A DNA stretch of 32,000 bases, taken from contig NZ_CP097765.1 of assembly GCF_023585785.1 (NCBI RefSeq), positions 630,001-662,000 on the forward strand, read 5' to 3'. This document shows, piece by piece, positions 1-8,710 of this stretch. Made by a program: the position numbers and the translations under genes. This stretch comes from Blochmannia endosymbiont of Camponotus modoc. Lineage in GTDB: Bacteria > Pseudomonadota > Gammaproteobacteria > Enterobacterales > Enterobacteriaceae. Position 1 is the stretch's first letter; the number at the start of each line of letters is the position of its first letter. The notes under the pieces were generated by a model. That model ran no database searches. It was given only the letters and a program-made list of their open reading frames with translations, and was not told where the DNA came from.

Positions 1-161
1 ATTAAGCAAAATAATGCTATGTATTACACGATTAGAATGTATGTACTTAAAAGATACGCAATTGTGCATTGCAACATGCTGATATTATAAAGATGTACAA
101 TAATAAATAATTTTGTAAAACACTGTCAGTTATAGTTAACCGTACATTATAGCCATTTATG

Positions 162-911
162 TTACCAATAACGTTCTTGAGTAACATGACCTGGTTTACA
201 TCGCAAATGATCTTGCATTCCGTATTTTTTATTCAATATTTCCTTAGTATCTTGTATCATTTGCGGATTTCCACATAACATCACGTGACTATTGTTAATA
301 TCCAATTGTAATCCTATTTTTTTTTCTAAAGAGTCATTTTCTATCAAATTAGGTATACGCCCAAAAAGTGAACCAGAAGATTCTTCTTGACTTATAATTG
401 TTTGCACATGTAATTTACCATTATAAAATTTTTGTAATTTTCTTATTTGAGATAAATAATTTAAATTTTTAGAAAACCTCACCGCATGTACTAATACAAT
501 ATTTGAAAATTGACACAATCTTTTATCATGATCTTCAAGTATTGATAAATATGGACCAATCCCTGTCCCGCTAGCCAACATCCATAAATTTTTACAATTT
601 GGAATTTCATTGAGTATAAAACGTCCGTATGCTTTTTTAGTAAGCATAAGAGGATCACCGGGACGTAAGGTACATAATAATGGGGTACATTTCCCTTCTA
701 GTACAGTAGCTATGTAAAATTCTAGATTTGGATTATGCGGAGCATTAAGATATGAATAAGCACGTTGCACGATTATATTATTTATTTTTATCCTTATTTT
801 AGTAAATTGACCAGCAATAAATGTATTTACTGGAGCTCGTACAATAAGACTAAACAACTGATCTGTCCAATTTTTTATATTAATAATTTTTCCGGTGACC
901 CATGTAGACAT
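162..911 (-). CDS. fpr: Ferredoxin/flavodoxin-NADP(+) reductase
   Basis: The 249-aa ORF is collinear end to end with E. coli Fpr (248 aa). Shared blocks include WVTGK..NWTD.LFSL, FxAGQFTK, QRAYSY, LWMLA(S/T)GT.IGPYLSIL, HVMLCGNPQM and the C-terminal ...ERYW/EHYW. Confidence 0.95.
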   Translation of the reverse strand: MSTWVTGKIINIKNWTDQLFSLIVRAPVNTFIAGQFTKIRIKINNIIVQRAYSYLNAPHNPNLEFYIATVLEGKCTPLLCTLRPGDPLMLTKKAYGRFILNEIPNCKNLWMLASGTGIGPYLSILEDHDKRLCQFSNIVLVHAVRFSKNLNYLSQIRKLQKFYNGKLHVQTIISQEESSGSLFGRIPNLIENDSLEKKIGLQLDINNSHVMLCGNPQMIQDTKEILNKKYGMQDHLRCKPGHVTQERYW

Positions 912-2393
912 AAAATTTACCCGTATTCAGTTATATTCAAATATTTCATCTTATTAAGTAACTTCATTGGTATGATCAGAATCAATATTGAAATTTGTAC
1001 TTATTATTATCTACCCCTTAAAATTTAACACAATATTCCGGTATAAAAATTTTTATCTAAAAAAATCAACATAAAATACTGTAATTATTGCCTATTCGAT
1101 TGAACGTAATTTTATGATATTAAAACAATAGTACATTTAATCAGATATTTTAATATTATAATTTTTTCATGAAATCGTTCTATGTAAAAGATCTTTTATT
1201 TATAAAATCAAACACTACAAATAATGTAGTGACTACTTTAGCGCCCTACTTATATAGTAGTAATATTTTGTGATTACATTCGTACACAACATGTATGAAC
1301 TGATCTATAGTAATTTAAAATTTAAATTATCCAAATCAATGTTACTTTAATGATTCGATTATTTTTAGAAAATATATTTTCATTATATATATAATTTTTA
1401 ATTATAATTTTTGTAAGTTTTACCGTCGTAAAGATCGTACATTACTATTTTATAGTAATAAATACACAACATTTATGTTAGTGTTAATGAAACTTACGGT
1501 CATAAATAAAAATACGCACTCTGGCCACCTTAAACACAAGTATGTTGCATACTTGTTATAAATTTAGTTATATTAAATATAATAATTTATTTTCAGTGGT
1601 TATAAATACTTTGAATACCTCATACAACTCATTGCTGTAATTATATAATCAACTATATGCTTCTCGAAAACACGTAAGTCTGTGTATTGATTGGATAAAA
1701 ATATCTACTATTATACAATTGCATATGTTGTGTTTATGAAAAAGAATGCAATTGCAAGTGTTGTATATTTTATTTAGTACATTTATTTATGCGTATAAAT
1801 GGTTATTTGTTGGTATCCTATATTCAATCTTAAAAATTAAATAATTATCATTTTATCAAAAATTATTACATAAAGTAAATATTTATATTATTTGATGGAA
1901 TTAGGGTGTTGAACGTTTGTGAGTATAAGTATATCCACTCATGTGGTTGCATATATTAATATCAATAGATTATTATGTAGTTATAAACATTATAAAAATA
2001 GTTTGAATTGTTATCAGAATCAATGTCGATGCATAAGATATAGAAACATTTTTTATTTCAACTATACATAAGTAAGAATTTTATTAGTTATTGCTAATAT
2101 ATAGCAACAATAAATCATAAATTACTTTTTGTCATTAATATTATCTGCACATACTTTTTTAAATATATGCAATAAATATTATGAATTTTGTATAAAATTT
2201 GTCATGAACTATGTATTTAAATAGGTTATATACACAATATTAATTTTAATGAATAGAAATATTTGGTTGTGCATGAACGTATAAATATTTTATGCCATTA
2301 AGCGCTATAAAATAAATTTATTAATTTATTGTTATTATGATATTATATCAGTTTATTGGAAACATGACTGTTTAGATGATATTAAAATACATT

Positions 2394-2642
2394 ATGAAGA
2401 AAAATGTGCATCCAAAATACAATGAAATATCTGCATATTGCTCGTGTGGAAATGTTATTAATACTAAATCTACTTTAAATCGAAACTTAAATATAGATGT
2501 GTGTAATTTGTGTCATCCATTTTATACAGGTACACAACGTATTCTAGATACACGTGGGCGTGTAAATATTTTTAATAAACGCTTTAATCTTTCTATTCAT
2601 GCTGATTTTTTGCCGATTGACAAAAAAATAAATAAAAAATAA
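2394..2642 (+). CDS. rpmE: 50S ribosomal protein L31 (Zn-ribbon type, four Cys retained) with an AT-rich C-terminal extension
   Basis: Translation [21 protein letters not shown]...[12 protein letters not shown]...GRV..FNKRFN matches E. coli L31. I chose the internal ATG at 2394 because homology starts there; the track ORF starts 18 nt upstream at 2376. The product is 82 aa versus 70 aa in E. coli. Confidence 0.93.
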   Translation: MKKNVHPKYNEISAYCSCGNVINTKSTLNRNLNIDVCNLCHPFYTGTQRILDTRGRVNIFNKRFNLSIHADFLPIDKKINKK

Positions 2643-2937
2643 ATATAGATATTATTTATATAAAGGACGCTATGATGTCACATAGTTATCCATACTATGC
2701 TTTAATATAGAAAAAATAAATATGAGTTCATTAAATTTTATGGGTATGGATTGATTGATATTGATGTACATATAGATTTTAGTTGTTTCCAGAAAATCTA
2801 TATGCAATATAACTGTGATCGAGTAAAATTGTATTAAATCTAATCAATAGAAGTATTTTCGTACACATAAAAATTTCTATACTTATTTATAAAGTATCGG
2901 TGTTTTTAGGAATATAGGTCAGTTTTTAGTTATTATT

Positions 2938-4086
2938 ATGAATATAAAAAAATCTACAATCAGCGTTAGAAGTGGTTTAAATAGCGATGAGCAACATGGA
3001 TGCGTCGTACCTCCTATTACTCTTTCAACTACTTATAATTTTTTTGGATTAAATCAGCCTCGTCCTTATGATTATTCACGGCGCAAAAATCCTACGCGTG
3101 ATGTAGCTCAACAAACTTTATCAGATTTAGAATATGGAAAAAGTGCGATTATGACAAGTAGCGGAATGGCTGCTATTTATTTAATATGCTCTGCTTTGCT
3201 TGAACCAAACGATTTATTAATAGCACCTTATGATTGCTATGGAGGTACTTATCGATTATTGGATGCGTTAAACAAAAAAGGTGCATGCAAAGTACTATTT
3301 ATTGATCAAAATGATACACAGATTTTATTAAAATCGTTAACATACAAACCTAAATTAATTTTCATAGAAACCCCAAGTAATCCTATGCTCCGAATAGTAG
3401 ATATTCATAGTCTTTGCAACTTCCAGAAAGGTATCTTATATGTTGTAGATAACACATTTATGACTCCAGTATTTCAAAATCCATTAAATTTAGGTGCAGA
3501 TTTAGTAGTACATTCTTGTAGTAAGTATTTGAATGGACATTCGGATTTAATAGCAGGAGTAGTAATATCTAAAGATACATATATTTCTGAAAAATTAATT
3601 TGGTGGGGCAATACGCTTGGCATTACTGGAAGTGCCTTTGATAGTTATCAGTTGTTGCGTGGTATGCGTACTTTAATACCGCGTGTTTACCAACAGCAAA
3701 ATAATACCAAAAACATTATTGCTTTTTGTCAAAAACAACCCCAGATCAATGCATTATATTATCCCGGATTACCCAATCATCCTGGATATAACATTGTTTG
3801 TAAACAACAAAGCGGATTCGGATCAATATTTAGTTTCGAACTTAAGGGTACTAAAAATATTTTACTGCAATTTTTACGATCATTAAAATTATTTACGTTA
3901 GCAGAATCGTTTGGGGGTGTAGAAAGTTTAATTGCTCATCCAGCCACTATGACGCATGCTGCTATGCCAGAAAATGCTAGAAAACGTGCCGGAATCAGTG
4001 ATATGTTGCTTCGTGTTTCAGTAGGGCTAGAAGATAGCGACGATCTTATTACTGATTTAGAACAGGCATTTGCATCAATACAATGA
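2938..4086 (+). CDS. metB: Cystathionine gamma-synthase (PLP-dependent)
   Basis: The 382-aa ORF is collinear with E. coli MetB. Shared blocks include VRSGLN.DEQ.GCVVPPI, DYSRR.NPTRD, APxDCYGG(T/S)YRL, the PLP-lysine motif HSC(S/T)KYLNGHSD and LFTLAES.GGVESLI.H.ATMTHA. Confidence 0.95.
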   Translation: MNIKKSTISVRSGLNSDEQHGCVVPPITLSTTYNFFGLNQPRPYDYSRRKNPTRDVAQQTLSDLEYGKSAIMTSSGMAAIYLICSALLEPNDLLIAPYDCYGGTYRLLDALNKKGACKVLFIDQNDTQILLKSLTYKPKLIFIETPSNPMLRIVDIHSLCNFQKGILYVVDNTFMTPVFQNPLNLGADLVVHSCSKYLNGHSDLIAGVVISKDTYISEKLIWWGNTLGITGSAFDSYQLLRGMRTLIPRVYQQQNNTKNIIAFCQKQPQINALYYPGLPNHPGYNIVCKQQSGFGSIFSFELKGTKNILLQFLRSLKLFTLAESFGGVESLIAHPATMTHAAMPENARKRAGISDMLLRVSVGLEDSDDLITDLEQAFASIQ

Positions 4087-4492
4087 GGTTTCGCCATACT
4101 ATTATGCACATTATTAATATTAACTAGTCTTATTATTAACAAACATTAACGGACACTTTATTATAAAGTTTGTTAATTAATTGAGCGCTCACAAAATTCA
4201 TATATATAGTTGATATTTTAAACAGTCATTTATATTTAATTAATGAAACGTTAGCTATTTAAATCTTATCTACGATACAAATTAAAATAATAATTTGTTG
4301 CACTAATGTAATATATAAACGAAATATTCTATCAATGAGTGACATTCATTAAAATACCCATAATACAGCTTTTTAGATTATTAATCTCAATGATTATTTA
4401 TGTAATGATGATTTTTATTTAAAACTAGCATATGGTCTATATAATAGATATAGGTCTATAAGCATCTATTTTATAGCTTCAAGAGAGAAAAC

Positions 4493-5386
4493 ATGAGTAT
4501 GTTCCATGCTGCCCAACAAGCAATACTAAATCAATATTTAGCTGAATTACAAGGAAATATTAATATTTCATTTGAATTTTTTCCTCCACGTACCGCTGAA
4601 ATGGAAAAAATATTATGGAAAACTATAAGCAAGTTAAGCAAATTAAATCCTATTTTTGTTTCTGTAACATATAGCGCTCATTCTGGAACACGAAATTATA
4701 CTGATAAAACAATTAAAGACATAAAAAAACGTACTGGATTAATAGTAGCTCCTCATTTGACATGTATTAACGAAACCCCTCAAGCCTTACAAACTATTGC
4801 TCAAGAATATTGGAATAATGGTATTCATAATATAGTTGCATTAAGAGGCGATCAAATAGAAAAAACCTATCAATCGTCTATGTATGCTTCAGATTTAGTA
4901 TATTTATTAAAAAAAATTGGAAATTTTGATATCGCAGTCGCCGCTTATCCAGAAGTACATCCAGAAGCAAAAAGCGCGCAGTCAGATTTAATTAATTTAA
5001 AGAAAAAAATAGATGCCGGTGCGAATCGTGCAATCACTCAATTTTTTTTTGATGTAGAACAATATTTAAGATTTAGAGATCTTTGTGTGTCTGTTGGGAT
5101 TGATATAGAAATTATTCCTGGAATATTGCCTATTTTTAATTTTCGTCAATTACAGCATTTTATCACTTTTACTAAAGTGAAGATACCGCATTGGATATAT
5201 GTAATTTTTCATGGATTAGATCATGACTTAGAAACACAGAAAATGCTTGGAACATTTGTAGCAATAGATATGATCAGAGTCCTTCTTAAGGAAGGAGTAA
5301 GAAATTTTCATTTCTATACTCTTAATAGATCAGATTTAACATATGCAATATGTCATACTTTGGGAATAAAAAATAATAAAATATAA
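4493..5386 (+). CDS. metF: 5,10-methylenetetrahydrofolate reductase
   Basis: The 297-aa ORF is collinear with E. coli MetF (296 aa). Shared blocks include FEFFPPRT.EME, FVSVTY, APHLTCI, IVALRGD, AAYPEVHPEAKSAQ.DL.NLK.K.DAGANRAITQFFFDVE.YLRFRD and FHFYTLNR....YAICHTLG. An AGAGAGAAA Shine-Dalgarno-like stretch precedes the ATG. Confidence 0.95.
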   Translation: MSMFHAAQQAILNQYLAELQGNINISFEFFPPRTAEMEKILWKTISKLSKLNPIFVSVTYSAHSGTRNYTDKTIKDIKKRTGLIVAPHLTCINETPQALQTIAQEYWNNGIHNIVALRGDQIEKTYQSSMYASDLVYLLKKIGNFDIAVAAYPEVHPEAKSAQSDLINLKKKIDAGANRAITQFFFDVEQYLRFRDLCVSVGIDIEIIPGILPIFNFRQLQHFITFTKVKIPHWIYVIFHGLDHDLETQKMLGTFVAIDMIRVLLKEGVRNFHFYTLNRSDLTYAICHTLGIKNNKI

Positions 5387-5833
5387 TATATGAATAATAT
5401 TTCAAAACTAATTAAATGATTATGTCCACCACAGATCATAATTTAAACATGATAAATTTACTTCTTAGATTCTTTTAAATATATGTATATCGAAGAGCTG
5501 AATTTTTAAACAAATAATAAATATCGTATTAGATTCATTATCAGTCAAATATATTACATATATTTTATGTGTATTGTATAATAAATTCTATATACAACAT
5601 TTTTCACTTGTAAATAGAACTTTAAAGAATATATAGTTATAAATGTTATCATTACATACGAAGGATAACACTCAACATAGTATTTATAAGAATGAAAATA
5701 TTTTTGAACAAAAAATACACACTCTATATTAAAAGATAAAATTAACAAAAATTATAGCTTACGTTACGTATATATTCAATTTATGTTAATTTTATATATG
5801 GTGTATTATAAATTAAATAATTAATAAAAATAT

Positions 5834-6667
5834 ATGACTTATTTTAAAAATACACATAAGCAACCAACAATATTGATATTAGACTCTGGGGTAGGCGGTT
5901 TATCTATTTATACTGCAATACGAAAGTTATTACCACATGTACGTTATTTATATTTTTTTGATAATCAAGCTTTTCCTTATGGTGAACACTCAGAATTCTT
6001 CATTATAAATCGTGTCACCTCTATAATTGAAGCTGTGCAAGAACAACATCAATTAGATCTTGTAATCATCGGTTGTAACACTGCCAGTGTAGTCTCATTA
6101 AAAATATTACAAAATAATTTCCTATGTCCCATTGTTGGGGTGATACCCGCAATTAAATTAGCGTCTAAATTAACTAAAAATGGCGTTATCGGTGTCCTAG
6201 CAACACGTCGCACTGTCAATCATGACTATACTTGGAGTCTTATAAAACGTTTCGCCAATAAATATAAGGTCATGTTACTAGGCACGTCTGAATTAGTAAA
6301 CTTAGCTGAATCTAAAATATATGGCGAAAAAATACCAATATCAATTCTTCGTAATATTCTCACCCCCTGGTTAAACATGAAACAACCTCCTGACACTATA
6401 GTGCTTGGATGTACTCATTTTTCTTTATTAAAAACAGAATTAATTACGGCATTGTCTTCAAATAGCTATTTAATAGATTCGAGACATTCAGTCGCTAAAT
6501 ATAGCTTACGTTTGCTACGCAAAAACGCAAATAGTCTCACAAACAACTTTTGTTTTTACAAACCAAACAAAATCTATTGTTCTATGAACACAGAAAAAGC
6601 TATCAAATTAAAATCTATCTTATTATCCTATTATAATTTTTTTTCTTTAGAAATATTATCAATATAA
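5834..6667 (+). CDS. murI: Glutamate racemase
   Basis: The 277-aa ORF carries DSGVGGLS.Y and both catalytic-Cys motifs (GCNTAS and LGCTHF), and is collinear with E. coli MurI apart from a shorter N-terminus. Confidence 0.92.
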   Translation: MTYFKNTHKQPTILILDSGVGGLSIYTAIRKLLPHVRYLYFFDNQAFPYGEHSEFFIINRVTSIIEAVQEQHQLDLVIIGCNTASVVSLKILQNNFLCPIVGVIPAIKLASKLTKNGVIGVLATRRTVNHDYTWSLIKRFANKYKVMLLGTSELVNLAESKIYGEKIPISILRNILTPWLNMKQPPDTIVLGCTHFSLLKTELITALSSNSYLIDSRHSVAKYSLRLLRKNANSLTNNFCFYKPNKIYCSMNTEKAIKLKSILLSYYNFFSLEILSI

Positions 6668-6820
6668 ATTGAACACATTATCTTATTTCAATAAAAAATA
6701 CGCTGTTTGTTAGTGTAATTAGTAATCGAAAAAAATAATTATTACACTCATGAATAATAAATATATATTTACATTAATAGCAATTTATAGCTTCTTTGTC
6801 GAATTATTGCATGGAGTTTT

Positions 6821-6852
6821 ATGTTTAGCATACAATATTGTATTCTAAACAT
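6821..6852. repeat. 32-nt near-perfect palindrome (16-nt arms, 15/16 complementary, no spacer) in the murI to tRNA-Ala spacer
   Basis: Read directly from the sequence: the left arm ATGTTTAGCATACAAT (6821-6836) and the right arm ATTGTATTCTAAACAT (6837-6852) are reverse complements apart from one position. Confidence 0.8.
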
Positions 6853-7117
6853 CTATATAATATGTACCGTATGGATGTACTTATCAAGTTTGAATTAATA
6901 CTACATGGGGATGTATAACAAATTCAAAATAAACTGCAAAATAAACTTTTTAGAAAGCATGTTTTTATTCAATTATATTAATAATATAAAATCAATTATA
7001 TTATATATATGTAAATCTTATTTTAAACCTATTTAATTATGGAAAAATCAAATTTATAATTATATTATTTTATTTGCATGTTTCTGTAAAACTTGTTACA
7101 GTATAATTGATTGATGT

Positions 7118-7190
7118 GGGGCTATAGCTCAACTGGGAGAGCGTCTGTTTTGCACGCAGAAGGTTAGCGGTTCGATTCCGCTTAGCTCCA
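7118..7190 (+). tRNA. tRNA-Ala (anticodon UGC)
   Basis: GGGGCTATAGCTCAACTGGGAGAGCG.CTG.TTTGCACGCAG.AGGT...CGGTTCGAT.CCGC.TAGCTCCA is near-identical to E. coli tRNA-Ala(UGC). The G3:U70 identity pair is present. CCA is not encoded. Confidence 0.95.
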
Positions 7191-7326
7191 TTATAACGTA
7201 TATACAGAGTATTATATAGATTGTTATGCAATATAAATGAATATATAAGTGCATATGTACAATATTTTCTAATAAACTTAATCTATATTAGTATATGACT
7301 GTAAAAGTCATCATATAAATTATAAT

Positions 7327-7400
7327 GGTGCGGTAGTTCAGATGGTTAGAACATCGGCCTGTCACGCCGAGGGTCACGGGTTCAAGTCCCGTCCGCACCG
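7327..7400 (+). tRNA. aspT: tRNA-Asp (anticodon GUC)
   Basis: GGTGCGGTAGTTCAG.TGGTTAGAA....GCCTGTCACGC.G.GGTC.CGGGTTC.AGTCCCGTCCGCACCG gives a cloverleaf with a CTGTCAC anticodon loop and closely matches E. coli tRNA-Asp. Confidence 0.95.
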
Positions 7401-7423
7401 TGTGCTTATCACACAAAATAAAA

Positions 7424-7497
7424 AGGGGTGTAGTTCAAATAGGTAGAACGTCGGTCTCCAAAACCGGGTGTTAGGAGTTCAAGTCTCTTCACCCCTG
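7424..7497 (+). tRNA. trpT: tRNA-Trp (anticodon CCA)
   Basis: AGGGGTGTAGTTCAA.T.GGTAGA.C..CGGTCTCCAAAACCGGGTGTT.GGAGTTC.AGTCTC...ACCCCTG is near-identical to E. coli tRNA-Trp. It lies 23 nt downstream of tRNA-Asp, matching the aspT-trpT arrangement at the end of E. coli rrnC. Confidence 0.95.
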
Positions 7498-7617
7498 TAA
7501 AAAATATAACGAATACCAAAGTTTATTTTTTTATATAAGAATGTTTATATTTGTTTTCTTTTTTTAATATTTTCCGTTAAATATGATTTTTTTATATAAA
7601 ACTGGAGAAGTATGTTG

Positions 7618-7664
7618 TCTAGTTAACACACGTCGCATAAGTAATACGACGTGTGTTAACTAGA
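7618..7664 (+). terminator. Perfect 18-bp stem with an 11-nt loop, a candidate intrinsic terminator of the tRNA Ala-Asp-Trp unit
   Basis: TCTAGTTAACACACGTCG (7618-7635) and CGACGTGTGTTAACTAGA (7647-7664) are exact reverse complements and are followed by TTTACT. The hairpin lies 120 nt downstream of tRNA-Trp, and the stem is far more GC-rich than the surrounding spacer. The U-tract is short, so terminator function is inferred. Confidence 0.5.
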
Positions 7665-8710
7665 TTTACTCATGTATTTACGTTATAATTCTATTTTTTT
7701 TAACTGTATAAAACCAATAAATAATTTAATAAACTGCAATTTTTTTTACATTCTATAATCTTTGTTAGTTATTATTACTCACAATTCCTCATAACAAACT
7801 AATTTGATAATTTAAAATTTTAAATATTAGAAATATATGTAGTATAATAGTAAAATTCACATGTTATTCTACTTGAAATAGACAGATTTTATTAAACAAA
7901 TTTAAAAAATAGAGCTTCGATTTTCTTTATACATTAAATAATAACTATTATCACAATAATAGAAAACAAATAATGACAAAAATTGGATGATAATTATAAT
8001 CAGTGATTACACAGAAATAATATTATTTTAAAAACATTATTGCCAAATCCAATTATATGTGATACATAAAAATATAACGAAGTTATATTATATAATTAAA
8101 TAAAATGTATACCATATGATAGTTTATTATTTACTAAAAACATTAGGAATAAAACAAGGTTCGATATTTTTTTAAATGTTAAGAAAATTAAAAATTTTTA
8201 CTTTTAACGTCATTAGGATCGTTTTTAGTATAAAACAAACGCAGAAGCCCAACAAATAATATTAATAATAACATATTTGAATTCGTATACTCATAAAAAC
8301 TCGGAAATTACTGGTTTAAAATATTATTGTTAGTTTTTAATACAATATATAATTAAATGGTTATTTCAAAAGTTAACTATCAACAATTATACGATATATA
8401 GCCATTTAAAAGAAATTCTATACAAGCAAACAATATTTCACCTGAAACCAGAAAAATTATTATATTATTTAATTTTAAAAATAAAAATATTTTTCATGCA
8501 GTTAGCACGCAATATATAGTCATTTTGAAAAAATAAAATTATTTTAAACATTTTTGCGTACAAATATTTACTGATATTCCAAATCTACTTGAATCTAACA
8601 AACAATATGTAATTTCCATACACTTTGTAATTGATTCAAAATCGGTTTATTTACATCAGAGACCTGATTAGATTATTATTTCATTCATAAAATCATACGA
8701 GGAAAGAAAC

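Noticed and set aside
765-1028. An 87-aa plus-strand ORF overlapping the 5' end of fpr.
   Set aside because: It is antisense to the conserved fpr N-terminus, has a low-complexity Ile/Tyr/Phe/Asn-rich translation and lacks a Shine-Dalgarno sequence.
4135-4177. A 10-bp inverted repeat (ATTAACAAAC ... GTTTGTTAAT, 23-nt loop) downstream of metB, considered as a terminator.
   Set aside because: The stem is AT-only and has a large loop with no U-tract. Several such matches are expected by chance in this window.
4434-4460. A direct repeat of GGTCTATA (4434-4441 and 4453-4460) just upstream of metF, considered as possible MetJ met-boxes.
   Set aside because: The match to the AGACGTCT consensus is poor (4/8 or less in any phase), metJ is absent from its syntenic position, and an 8-mer repeat in AT-rich DNA is not significant.
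5554-5748. A 64-aa minus-strand ORF in the metF-murI spacer.
   Set aside because: The translation is Tyr/Ile/Phe/Lys-rich, as expected from random AT-rich DNA. There is no ribosome-binding site and no resemblance to a known family. An ORF of this size is expected by chance.
7102-7107. Perfect TATAAT hexamers (7102-7107 before tRNA-Ala, 26712-26717 and 28225-28230) and a perfect TTGACA (26656-26661), considered as sigma-70 promoter elements.
   Set aside because: None has a partner hexamer at 16-18 bp spacing, and in DNA this AT-rich, -10-like hexamers occur constantly by chance. I did not call any promoter.
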